A DNA stretch of 64,000 nt from the human T2T-CHM13v2.0 reference genome, Homo sapiens. Position 1 is the first letter of the stretch. Each line of letters opens with the position of its first letter. The stretch lies in assembly GCF_009914755.1 (NCBI RefSeq), contig NC_060933.1. The stretch is one strand, 5' to 3'. The notes under the pieces are model-generated. The model had not been told where the DNA came from, did not search any database, and saw nothing but the letters and a program-made list of their open reading frames with translations. The position numbers and the translations under genes were made by a program. Shown one piece after another: positions 1-13,281 of the stretch.

Positions 1-493
1 TGGATTAAAGCTTTCATGATGAGTGCCAGTCTGGGTCCAAAAGGGTTGAAAGCTGTCGCCATCTATAGGCTAGTTGTTTGTAGTAAAATACTTTCCCTCA
101 CTGCATTAGGTTCTTGGTACCATTTATCTAGCAGAGTTCTTCAGTGGGCTTGAGGCTTAGCAGTCAAGTTAAAACAATAACCAACATCCCAAACCCAGTG
201 GCTGTCAAATTTCAGTGAGGTGGCATAGAACTTTAGCATGAACTTGAGCTTGGGTTCAGCTAGACTTTCATATAAATCCTTGTTTGAAGTTAGTAGCTGT
301 GTGATCTTGGGCACTGATATTAAACCTTTATGAGAAAGTTATGTCTGAAATATGGGAAATAAACCTTCCACTTAGGTTGTTGTGAAGATTCAATGAGTTG
401 TAACGATTGTATACACTATAATGATCTATATTACAGTTGTTTCATAAATATGATTGCCTTCATTTTATTCTTTCCTTGTCTCGTTCTTCCCAG

Positions 494-704
494 TATCTTA
501 CAGACAGCAAGTTGAACATTGTGGGATGCATGAGCTATTGAGGCCTTTGCAGCTTTCTGCTACATGGAGGCTAGGGCCAGAGTCAAGATTTATGCTTTGC
601 AGCACACTGGTCAGCTGTTTTTGCAAATCAGATTAAATGATTTTTAAATGAGGCTGAGAGCATGGGAGATACTAATGTGTGTTTCCTTGTGAGCTACTGC
701 ATAA
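494..704 (+). ncRNA. CDKN2B-AS1: ANRIL penultimate exon (exon 18 of the long isoform)
   Basis: Polypyrimidine tract and CAG acceptor ending at 493; GTAAGT donor at 705-710. Position fits the recalled ANRIL exon layout relative to rs1333049. Confidence 0.8.
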
Positions 705-1044
705 GTAAGTGCTTTGTAAAATGTCAGGGGCTCCAGGATTATATGGTATTACTGTCACTATTGTAAGCACTTCTACCTTTTTTTTTCTCCTTTTACAGGT
801 TAGGAAATTGAAATACAGAAAGATGAAAAGTGATTTGCCCAAGCATATAGATCAAAGCTGTGGCAGAACCAGGACTGGAACCTATATCTCTCTACTAATG
901 GTTTTTTTAAAAAAATAACCTTGTTTCAAAAATATTAAAAAGTCACAAGAAAGGTAAACATGTGGATAAACAAAATGAAGAAAATAAAAATTATCCAGTA
1001 ATAACATATTGGCATATGTCTTTCTGGTATATTTTCCTGTGTTG

Positions 1045-1121
1045 TCATCATTATCATCTCCATCATCATTATATCCATCATTATCATCATCATCATCATC
1101 ATCATCATTATCATCACCATA
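1045..1121 (+). repeat. (CAT)n imperfect microsatellite inside the ANRIL terminal exon
   Basis: Direct reading: catcattatcatc...catcatcatcat. Confidence 0.95.
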
Positions 1122-1124
1122 GTG

Positions 1125-1320
1125 AACATGTAATGCTTACCTAGTGCCAGATGCTGTCTAGGCATTTTACATGTGTTACTGGTAACTCATGTAATCCTCA
1201 TAACAACCTTATAAGGTGGTTGCTATTATCCCCATGTTACATATGAAGAGACAGAAGCATAAAGAAGTTGCACCGCTGGTAATTGGCTGGGATTTGAACT
1301 TAAGCAGTCTAACCTTAGAG
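1125..1320 (-). mobile_element. MIR SINE remnant
   Basis: MIR core-like motifs: taatcctcataacaacctta, attatccccatgttaca, ctgggatttgaac. Confidence 0.7.
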
Positions 1321-1362
1321 TAATGATTTTAACAACTATGCTATATACATACAAATTTACAA

Positions 1363-1387
1363 AATAAAACTGGGCTCAGACAATAAA
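1363..1387 (+). terminator. Two AATAAA polyadenylation signals of ANRIL
   Basis: AATAAA at 1363-1368 and 1382-1387, followed by T-rich sequence. Confidence 0.7.
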
Positions 1388-1644
1388 AACAGCTCTCTTT
1401 TCATGTTATAATACTTTTTCACCCCATAACACATAATCACTAATGTTTTAAAGATCAAAACAATGCACATAAAATGTACTGGTTTTAAAAAAAAGAGGAA
1501 ATAGCCACTTACCTCAACCAAACTAACTTGGAGATAGATTAGATTGATAATGGCAAGGGTGATGGGTAGATGGGTAGAGGTTGCTCAAAAAGAAACACAA
1601 AATATATCCTCTTTTAAGGATCCTGATGCTTTGCTCAAAGTTAT

Positions 1645-3742
1645 TTTTATTCTTTTAAAACTAAAAAAAAAACTGTACAAAATTCATAGGGTACATAGTG
1701 GCGCTTTGATATATATAATGTATAGTGATCAGATCAGGGTAATTCGCATACCCAGTCATCCTATAGTGGGTATAGAACACCAGAACTTATTCTTTCTATG
1801 TAGCTATAATTTTGTATCCTTTAACAATTCTCTCCCTATCCCTCCCTTCCCCCTACTTTTCCTAGCTTCTAGTATCCTCTGTTCTACTTTTTACTTCTAT
1901 GAAATCAACTTTTTCAGCTTCTGTATGTGAGTGAGAACATGCGGTGTTTAGTAGGAAATTTCTGTTCCTGGCTTATTTCACTTAACACAGTGTCCTCCAA
2001 GAGCATCCATCCAGGATTTTATTGCTTTTTATGGCTTAATAGTATTTCATTGTGTATATATACCATATTTTCTTTGTCCATTCCTTTGTTTTTGGATGCC
2101 TGGATTGATTCTATAACTTGGCTATTGTGAATAGTACTGCAATAAACATGGTCTGTAGATGTCTCTTTGATATAATGATTTTCTTTCCTTTGGATAAATT
2201 GCTAGTAATGGGATTGCTCAATCATACCATAGTACTATTCGTAGTTTTTTGAGGAACCTCCATTCTGTCCTCCATAGTGGTTGTACTAGTTTACGTTCCC
2301 ACCAACAGTGTATAAGAATTCCCTTTTCTCCAAATCCCTGCCAGCATTTGTTATTTTTTTTTTTTTTGTCTCTTTGACAATAGTCATCCTAACTGGGGTG
2401 AGATGATACCTCATTGCAGCTTCAATTCACATCTCCCTGATGATTAGGGATGTTGAGCATTTTTTCATATATTTATTGGCCATTTGTATGTGTTCTTTTG
2501 AGAAACGTCTGTTCAGATCATTTTCCTACTCTTTAATTAGATTGTTTTTACTGTTGAGATGTTTGAGTCCCTTATATATTCTAGATATTAATCTCTTGTC
2601 AGATGAGTAGTTTGCAAATATTTTCTTCCATTCTGTAGTTTGTATATTCACTCTGTTGATTACTTCCTTTGCTGTACAAAAGCTATTTGGATTGATATAA
2701 TCCCATTTGTGTATTTTGTTTGTGTTACCTATGTTTTTAAGGTATTATTCAGAAAATTTTTGCCCAGACCAAGGTCCTGAAGCATTTCTTCTATGTTTTC
2801 TTCTAGTAATTCTATTTTTCATGTCTTACATTTAGGTTTTTGATCCATTTTGCAATGATATTTATATAGGGTGAGAGACGGGAATCTAGTTTAATTCTTC
2901 TGCATATAGATATCCAGTTTTCCCAGCACCATTCGTTGAGGAGACTGTCCTTTACCCACTGAGTGTTCTTGATATCTTTGTTAAAAATCAGGTGGTTGTA
3001 GATATGTGGATTAATTTCTGGGTTCTCTATTCTGTTCTATTGATCTATGTGTCTGTTTTTATACCAGTACCATGCTATTTTGTTTACTATAGCTTTGTAG
3101 TATACTTTGATGTCTGGTAGTGTGATAACTCCAGCTTTGTTCTTTTTGCTTAGGATTGCTTTGGCTGTTTGGGGTCTTTTGTGGTTCCATATAAATTTTA
3201 GAATTTTTTTTTCTATTTCTGTGAAGAACGTCATTAGTATTTTGATAGGGATTGCATTGAATCTATAGGTTGCTTTGGGCAGCAGATATCTTTCCATTTG
3301 TTTATGTCCTTTTCCATTTCTTTCATCAGTATTTTGTAGTTTTAGTTGCAGAGGTCTTTCACCTCCTTGGTTACATTTATTCCTTGGTATTTTATTGTTT
3401 TCGTAGCTATTGTAAATGGGATTGCCTTCTTGATTGCTTTTTCAGCTAGTTCATTGTTCATGTATAGAAATACTACTGATTTTTGTATATTGATATCGTA
3501 TTCTGCAACTTTACAGAATTTGTTATTAGCTCTGAGTTTTTTGGTAGAGTCATTAGATTTTTCTGTATATAAAATCATGTCATCTGCAAACAGGAACAAT
3601 TTGACTTCCTCCTTTCCAATTTGGATGTCCTTTATTTCTTTGTCTTGCCTAGTTGCTTGGGCTAGGACTTCCATTACTGTGTTGAATAAGAATGTTAAGA
3701 GTGGGCATCCTTGTCTTGTTTCAGTTCTTAGAGGAAATGCTA
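1645..3742 (-). mobile_element. L1MA-type LINE-1 3' fragment (ORF2 remnants and 3' UTR)
   Basis: Minus-strand ORFs 3037-3297 ([10 protein letters not shown]...[11 protein letters not shown]) and 3342-3899 (RQGCPL...LFADDMILY) are L1 ORF2 RT/C-terminal remnants. Confidence 0.92.
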
Positions 3743-3944
3743 GTGTAGCTGAGGAGAGAAATGAAAACAGAATAAAAACTTCAGTAGAAGTTGGGGAGAA
3801 ATGTGTTTGCACCAAAAGAGGTGAGGGATGGAACTGAGGGAGGTCTCGAGGGGTAAGAGAGGCCAAAGAGCTGGCAGGTGCTGCTATTAGGATGGCCAAT
3901 GATCCAGAAGTAATGATGAATGAGAAGATGGATTAAAAAAACCC

Positions 3945-4110
3945 TGACATTGTTTAACTAGAAGAAGAAGACAGTCAGAGAGAAGTGAGGGCTTACTTTT
4001 CATGTTTAAAGTCTGTTATGTGGTAAAGGGATTAGATTTATCTGTGTTGTTCCAGGGGACCGAAATAGGACAAATGGATGCAAATAGAGTGAGGAAGATT
4101 TAAAACAAAT
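3945..4110 (+). mobile_element. L3/CR1 LINE remnant
   Basis: Resembles the CR1 3' region (ctagaagaagaagac...ttagatttatctgtgttgttccag...aaataggacaaatgg). Confidence 0.5.
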
Positions 4111-4399
4111 GGAGAAGACATTCTAAAATCAACTACAATGAGCGTAAACAATGACAACGGAAAGGACTATTTTTGCAATTATGTAGCTCTTGTTCTCTAT
4201 AGATAGATGTGTAAGCAGACGCTGAATAACCATTTACTGAAAATATAAATAAAAACAAAGCAAATTGCAGGCAATAAATATTGTATTAGTTCTCATTTTG
4301 TAAAACTTATACAGGTATCATATGCATAGACAAATACACCAAACTGATGAATATTTGCCTTGTATAATCTTTTTGTAGTTTTTTTATGAACATATATTA

Positions 4400-5100
4400 C
4401 TCAAACAATTTAGAACAATTGGCAATATATATATTTTTCATTTATAAAAGGTTAGGAAGATTAATTACACTTTCTGAGGTCGCAACTAAAAGCCAAGATT
4501 TTAATCCATTTCTATTTGATGTAAAGTCTGGTCTTTTTTCAGCAAACCACAATCCCACATTTTAAGGGCATTAAGAAAGGGATGGGTAGACAAAATGTAG
4601 AGGTAGTAGGTACAGAATACAAAGTTTCAAGAAATTAAAAGCTTCTAAACTAACAAACAGCCAATTTGTGGAGTGTCACTGGAAAGTGACAAAGAGGACA
4701 GTTAAGTTAGTTGGAACTGAACTGAGGCCAGACAGGGCTGTGGGGCAAGTCAGGGTGTGGTCATTCTGGTAGGCAGCGATGCAGAATCAAGACAGAGTTG
4801 TTTCTCCTTCTCTCTCTCTCTTTAATTGTAACGCCTTTTATAACAAACAAATATTATGCTTATTTCTGTCTTTAAATTTTTTGTAGTAATTTCTCATCAC
4901 TTAACCTCTATTTTTTAAAAAACTGACTTTTCTCTTGTTTTTCTAGTTGAGCTATCATTCATATTTATTATGTGGAACTAGAGGTAGTCCTGGCTACTTG
5001 GGAACAGCGTGGAGTCTAGCCATGTCAGGGCCAGAAGTGGTCTCAGCTAAGTTAGAATGTGATACCATTGTTTACACAAGTGTGGCCTGCCTTCAAGATA
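4400..5100. promoter_or_regulatory. 9p21 CAD-associated enhancer (ECAD9 region) with risk alleles rs10811656-T (4767) and rs10757278-G (4772)
   Basis: Flank GTGTGGTCATTC[T]GGTA[G]GCAGCGATGCAG matches the recalled SNP context. The 1026-bp spacing to rs1333049 matches recalled coordinates. Enhancer boundaries approximate. Confidence 0.8.
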
Positions 5101-5797
5101 GGGTGAGGTGTTTTATGACCACAGGCTTTATGAGTTATAGCTATAAAACAATCAATCTTTTAAAGCAAACACACCACAATGTCTACACGCAAATGAGAAT
5201 TGTCCTTCAGGGCTGTGACCTTGGGAAACTCTTCACACATACTAGCATAAAACATATTTAAACTCTTCACTGAAAATATTATTCAGACCTAGTTTCTCTC
5301 TCAGTCTCTCTCTATGTTTCTCTCTCACATGTACGTGCATGCACGCACACGTGTGCACACACACATATGCTCACATCATTTTAAGATACATCTCATTTTT
5401 AACCAAAACCATTTTATCTTGCTTGATAACCAATTTTATTTGTTAGATGACTTGGCTATAAATGCCTTTGGCTATCAGGAAAATCAAATCAAAATTAAAA
5501 GACACTGTTACTACTGAAGAAGTAAAAAAAGAATGGGCTGCTGACTCTGAAGATCATACCCGAAGTAGAGCTGCAAAGATATTTGGAATATTGGTAATAT
5601 CCAATAAAGAATGACCTTCATGCTATTTTGAGGAGATGTTTCAATGTCGAATTATTGAAATATTTATAAAATACAAATAAACTAACTCTGCTTCATATTC
5701 CAACTTGTGTATGACACTTCTTAGGCTATCATTTCATTCCAAATTTATGGTCACTACCCTACTGTCATTCCTCATACTAACCATATGATCAACAGTT

Positions 5798-5798
5798 C
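5798..5798 (+). other. rs1333049, C (CAD risk) allele
   Basis: Flank CATACTAACCATATGATCAACAGTT[C]AAAAGCAGCCACTCGCAGAGGTAAG. Confidence 0.92.
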
Positions 5799-6283
5799 AA
5801 AAGCAGCCACTCGCAGAGGTAAGCAAGATATATGGTAAATACTGTGTTGACAAAAGTATGCAGAAGCAGTCACATTTATACAGTAGTGAAGGAAATGTAA
5901 ATTGGACAAACTTTTTGGAAGATAAGTTGAGAATGTCAAAAATCAAAACACACTTTCTGTTTTATTCAGCAATTATGAGCCCTTTGTTTTACAGCTATGC
6001 TCACAAATATATACAAACATGTATGCACAATTATGTTCACTGTGGTATTGCGCTAGAAAAATACTAAAAACAAACCAAATGTTCATCAATAGGGAAATTG
6101 TTCAACAAATTACAGTATATCTAAAAAAAGAATAATATATAACAACTGAAAAAATAAAATAGTTGATATAAGCAGATATTCCAAGATCTGCCAGACATAT
6201 TGTTAAATGAAAAATCTAGATACAAAATTGTTTATAGTTCTCTTTCATACTATAGCCAAAGAAAATTCAGAAAAAACTACTTA

Positions 6284-6538
6284 CAGTTGATCCTTGAATA
6301 ATGCAGCAGGTAGGGGCACCAGCTTCCTGCGCAGTCAAGAATTGCATATAACTTTTGACTCCCCCAAAACTTTGCTAATAGCCTACTGTTGACTGGAAGC
6401 CTTATCAACAACATCAACAGTTGATTAACACTGGAAAAGGAGGGGTTGGTCTTACTGTCTCAAGGGTGGCAAAGGCGGAAGAAAAGCCACCTATAAGTGA
6501 ACCCTTGAAGTTCCAACCTATGTTTTTCCAGGGCAATC
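6284..6538 (+). mobile_element. MER8 (TcMar-Tigger) non-autonomous DNA transposon
   Basis: Begins ta-CAGTTGATCCTTGAA; internal ataacttttgactcccccaaaa...gcctactgttgactggaagcctta matches the MER8 consensus. Confidence 0.8.
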
Positions 6539-6868
6539 ATACATCCATGTCCATATTCATGATGAATATGTGAAAGGGTACATAAGAAAATGTGATAGTC
6601 GTTTCCTCTGGAGAATAAAATGAGAGGTCTATCATAGGTGAGAAAATAATTTTTTATTATATATTCTTTTGTAGGTTTATTTTTTTGTCATGTGTATGTA
6701 TTCTTTTCAAAATAATAAAAACAATAACAACGATTAAAATATACAAGGGGAAATGCATTGGCCAAGGTTTAGTTGAGAGCAAAGTTTGCTTATCTTTCGA
6801 AAGAGGTGAACTAAGCTTTTCCTTTTTCTCTTTGGGTATACTTGAATGGGGATGGAGTAAGTGGATTC

Positions 6869-7151
6869 TTTTTTTTTTTTTTTTTTTTTTGAGACGGAGT
6901 CTCGCTCGCCCAGGCCGACTGCAGTGGCGCTATCTCGGCTCACTGCAAACTCCGCCTCCGGAGTTCACGCCATTCTCCTGCCTCAGCCTCCCGAGTAGCT
7001 GGGACTACAGGCGCCCGCCACTGCACCCGGCTAATTTTTTGTATTTTTAGTAGAGACGGGGTTTCACCATGTTAGCCAGGATGGCCTGGATCTCCTGACC
7101 TCGTGATCAGCCCGCCTCGGCCTCCCAAAGTGCTGGGATTACAGGCGTGAG
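6869..7151 (-). mobile_element. AluY-family SINE, slightly 5'-truncated
   Basis: Poly-T tail, CpG-rich Alu body, degenerate TSD agtaagtggattct / agtgagtgaattct. Confidence 0.93.
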
Positions 7152-7362
7152 AAGTGAGTGAATTCTAAGGAGTATCGAGAACAGTGATTAAAACAGAAGG
7201 TGGGGAGGTGTCATAAGCTTATTTGTAGGTGAAGTATTAAGACTAGAAGAATGACATTATGCATCAAATCTTTTACATTGTTTGATCTCTTTTACCTAAA
7301 AACAAAACAAGATACTTTTTTGTTGTTTGACATATGACCAATTAGCAGCCAGTTGGAGCTAA

Positions 7363-7674
<312 letters not shown>

Positions 7675-8959
7675 TAAATGTTTTCTTTAAAAGCAAGGTA
7701 AGTATGCCTAGATGCACTGCCTCTTAGTAATTTTTGAGGATGGATTATTCATTAAATTGCTTCCCTTTCTCACAGCTGGTGAATTAGAACGATAGTGAGC
7801 TTACAAGAGCTTTAACGAGGAAAAGATGGTCATTGTTTAACAGAGAAGGATGGTTTGGGTGAGCATTTTTGTGTTTTTGGAGGGGAACTTTGAGGGCAAT
7901 GAGTGTTGCACCTGTGTCCACTGAGGATCTCTGGGCGGGGTAAAAGGAAGGCAGGGATGAGAGTGAGGAAGGGAGACAGGAGGGTCCCAAATACGAACTT
8001 TGACTTAACGAGGATGATTACTAGAAGGGAAAGATTGTGGATTCATTGATGAGATGTTGAACCATGAAAACTCTAATTGTAGAACTCACTTCAGACTGAA
8101 TTGACTTGGCTTTCAGTAGCAGAAGCCCTTTGTCTACTTCTCTAGTATTGAAGTGAATGCAAATTTCTCAATGTGAGAGAAGTAGAGTGGTGAAATAAGA
8201 GTGTGGGTTCCAGGGTCAGACAACTGGGTGCATAAAAAGGGTAAGGATGCTACAACTGGTAAGCCCTGTGAGAATTATTTAATCCTTCCATGTCTCATTC
8301 CGCTCATCTGGAAAATGATGATCATACTAACTTATGAGATGTGTGTACAGACTAGATATAATATTAAAACATTTCTGATACCTATGCATTATATTGGATC
8401 AATATATATTTGCAATAAATGATCAACTTTTTATTAATGAAGTTAGTACTTATTTCATAACATGAGATTGTTTACTTCTAATTTACTAGTATTGTCATTA
8501 TTACTGTTGCTGTTATACTGCTACTGCTGTTGCTACTAACTCTTTATGAAGTACCTAATATGCTCTAAGCCTTGCTCTAGGTGTTGTATATGAAGTATTT
8601 CTAAACCTGAAAACTATCTAAGATGGCTCAGTCTAGCCCATTTTATAGACGAAGACTGAAGCCAAGAGAGTTGAAATAATGAGTAAAGTTGAGATTTGAC
8701 TTTGTCTTCCAAACAACTAGAAGCATAAAGCAATGGACCAGGTTCCAAAGTGACAGGGAGGGGCATTAGTTTGGCCCATAGGCTGCAGAGCCTGTGACCA
8801 CAGAGCCCTATATATTCCAGTGGTGAATTATGTTTGGGAATGTGGCAGACCATATGGCTATGGCATCGTTAGACATGAGGTGGAGAGAGGCAGATGTATG
8901 GTTACTCGATTGAGTTGAGAGATGCCATGGAAAGGAGGAAGAAGAGCCTGAGAGAGCAA

Positions 8960-9043
8960 CTTCACTCATGGGGAGAGAAGCTTATGTGGAGATAAGCTTC
9001 ACTTCACTAATGGGGAGATAAGCTTCACTTATGGGGAGACAAG
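8960..9043 (+). repeat. Degenerate ~21-bp tandem repeat (cttcactNatggggagataag)
   Basis: 3-4 imperfect copies read directly. Confidence 0.8.
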
Positions 9044-11740
9044 TAAGGAAGCAGGGATCTCCAGAGGATGTGGAGTATGCCTGGTACTTTCATTGTTCTT
9101 TTTCCTTATTCTTCTTTATTCTTTTCATTATTTTACCTAGGTTAGATGTTAAACACTTCCTGTTGTTTAGTCAGGCTTCCTTTTCTAATTATAAGACTAA
9201 ACACTAAGATTTCATTTGTAGATATAATTATTAGAGAATTTTGATAAAATTTCCAAGCAGTGTTCCCTCTGTTTATCATCGTGTTCCCTGCTGTTATTAG
9301 TTCACAGTTTGGTCTGGAATTACTCCAGTTAATCTTGGGGTTTCAGGAGAGAAATTGTGCTCAGGGTACATGAGAAGAGAAAGTTTAGAAAGCGAAGGGC
9401 TTCCCTGTCTAGTTTCTAGCTCAGAAAAGCAAAGATATTCTACTTTCATATGTATGATAATTGGAGCTGAGCTGACTTTAAAAACAGATAATTTTTCTTT
9501 TTTATCCCTAATAAATAATGGTGCTTACAGCAATGAGTGTTGCTGGTAACAGATTCCACCAATGGGTGTGGTGTGAAGTTTAGCATTTGTGGATTTTGCA
9601 GCTTCTGCTATTGTCTACAGCATTTCCTCTCTTGTCTCGGAGGTTCATACTTTCTCAGGCAAGGACACTTTTAACTCCAGATAAATGTCTGGGTTTTCTC
9701 ACTCCAAGGATAAGAAGGTGGGGGTGATGGAGTGGTGGTGGTAGTTGTGGAGTTGTCTTCCTGGCAGGGATTTCATTGTGGGGGAAAGTCTGTCTTTAGA
9801 AAAGAAATGTAAACTGGGCAAGTAGTCTCATCAGTTAAATGATTTCCTTGTTGACATAAGGTGAGGAAAAGAAGAACAACTTTTGGGAAAACTAACTGTG
9901 AGAATACAAGGGAAGAAGAAAAATAAGGGGTTGAACATTGAGGAAGACTTATGAGACAGATAAAGTATAAAGGCAGGTAATTTGTTCTTTCAATTTGGCA
10001 TGGGGACAGTAAAAATTTTTTTCTTACTAAACAAATAAAGCCCATGTATTTCTTCTGCTCTGGGAGCACCAATTATATTGAGCCTCTAAATAAAGAAAGT
10101 CAACATCCACAAGTGTTCTAAATTCCATCTCGTAGTGAGAGTCCTGAAAATTGCAATAGCTAGAGTCAATACTTGGAGTATATGCATAAGACGTGGTGTC
10201 TCAAATAGGATTAAGGCCTACTCTTGGCATCTTCTGTTATTGGTGTTGTTTCTCTGTATTGATTGGTATAACGTTAGACAAAACTGCAGGTCATCTTTGA
10301 GAAAAACTCAGTATAAACAATGAAAAAAATGTGTAGCTGCACATGTAATTTGCATGTAACAAAACCAAAGGATGCTTTAGATAGTAACAGCAGCCTGTAC
10401 TTTACTCCAACCCATTAGTTTTATGATAAATGTGGTCTGGGGAAGTGCTCGATCTAGGTTGTTCACTTTGTGTTTTTGTTTCTTTCTATCATTCGGGTGT
10501 TGAGTCACCTGTTTGTCTGTGTCAGTGTCAGAGCACTGGGTCACATCCTGCATTGTCCAGGTTTTATTGGTCCCTTTCTTAAATTAAAGCTGATTTTCCA
10601 CTTAAAGAGAATTCTGTCTCCTTCTGCAATTGTTCAAAGTCTAGCATCTCAAGTGCAGACTCTAAACTGTATGTATATGTATTGTGCTGGCTATCTATCT
10701 TCTTAGCTTTGAATTCTCTAGAAATATTCCAGAGGTGTGATTCCTCTGTTATTCAAGAGTGATTTCCAAATTGCCTCAGCCAATGTGCCTGCACAAGTTG
10801 TTTGTAACTCAGGGTGTAATGGGAAATGCTTTAGAGCCACATTTGTGGCTTTTGATGGGAAAAAAAAAAAATCAGTGTCCTCCTAAGACTTATACAGTCC
10901 TTGAAGCCTTTTAGGCTATTCCTGCATCTCATGTTGCATCCATACGGACTATTTAGCCATATTCAACACCATCCTCTTGCTATTTTGTTAAGATTTGACT
11001 GTTGTTGTTGTTGTTTTTAAATATAAATGTGTGATCACATGCACATACACAGACAATGATGTGTAACTCATAAACATGAAAAGTAAAAATTTGAATTTTA
11101 ACTGAAGAAAAATCAGCATTATTCATAAAAAGCTGGTAAGATATTCTAAAAGTGGAAATTCATGCAGAAAATTGATTCTTAAGCACTTACTAAATGCCAG
11201 GAATATTTTACCAGCATATTATCATTTAATTTTTAAACAAGTTTGAGAGATAGAGATGTCTTATTTTATAGAAGAGGCAACTGGGGTTCTGAAATGTGAA
11301 ATAACTTGCAAAGGCTATGGTTAAGGGCAGGGCCAGCCACGTGTCTAGTGTCTCTGACACCTGAGATCACACACTGTATGCTGGGCTTCAATTAATTTGC
11401 AGCTACTTGTTGCATTAAATTCACAATCCTTGCTTTCATCATAATAAAAACAATAATAATCATACAACACAACTATTTTCAGTGAGCTCTGGCTAAGGCC
11501 ATTTGATTCAGAGTCAAAACCTTCTATTTGTATAGTATTTTATATTGTCAAAATCTAATAAGGATAGTTTTCATATCTGACGTAAACCAAACTGATCTGT
11601 CTCCATTTGATATAGTGACATATCAAATTGTTACTTTCATATATCTTAGTCAACCTCTATGTTTATCATTCTCTATGTTTTAGAAAGTAAAGAATTTAAA
11701 ATTACTTCAGAAAGATTTCTTCTTCATAAACATAAAATGA

Positions 11741-12092
<352 letters not shown>

Positions 12093-12596
12093 AAGGCAAC
12101 AGTTTCTTAATGAGAGAGTAGAAATGAGAATTCACATTCATAACAAAGAGTTTATTGTCTTTCCTAGTATACTGTACTATCTAGTAGCTAATCTGTCTAA
12201 AGACATGTTTCTTATCTATTAATAGTCCTATTAATAATGTAAAGTAGCTTTAGATATGCCAAGCTGTTACTGGCTGGGGAACTAAAAAAGCTTCCAGAGT
12301 TATATCTAGAAAGTCTTTGGGGTTTCTTAATGTTATGTGATTAGCAACTAAAACTGTGACAGGAAGGAAGTCCACATGAATTGAGCATCTACTAGTTTCA
12401 AGATTTATCATTATGCACATTACTTATAATAACTTTGTGAAGCTGATATTAACTTTACAATGGATAAAAAGATAGATGAATTAGTAATTTACCTCCAGTG
12501 GTGCAGACAGCAGGATTTGAATTTAGTCTGTCCAACACCAAAGCCTCCGTACTTTTCATTACCCTGCATCCATCTAGTTTAAAAAATAAATGTACT

Positions 12597-12763
12597 AGGC
12601 ATAGTGGCTTGCACCTGCAATCCCAGCTGCTTGGGAGGTTGAGGCCAGAGGATCACTTGAGCCCAGAAGTTCAAGGCTGCAGTGAGTTATGAGCACACAA
12701 CTGCACTCCAGCCTGGGTGATAGACAGACCCCATCTCAAAAAAAAAAAAAAAAAAAAAAAAAA
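12597..12763 (+). mobile_element. Alu right monomer (FRAM/AluJ)
   Basis: Right-arm sequence plus a long poly-A tail. Confidence 0.88.
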
Positions 12764-12866
12764 AGAGAGAGAGAAAATAAAAGAAAAATCGAATGTATTG
12801 CATTTCATGTCTGGACCACCTGTATGAGAAAATTGGGCACTTTCTCTCTGAAGTAACTCATACTAA

Positions 12867-13281
<415 letters not shown>

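Larger units (their letters stand above)
799..1391 (+). ncRNA. CDKN2B-AS1: ANRIL terminal exon (exon 19 of the long isoform)
   Basis: Strong acceptor TTTTTTCTCCTTTTACAG ending at 798 after a 94-nt intron; AATAAA at 1363-1368 and 1382-1387. 3' end approximate. Confidence 0.8.

Noticed and set aside
935-1165. Poly-His and poly-Met ORFs
   Set aside because: Translations of the (CAT)n microsatellite in a lncRNA exon
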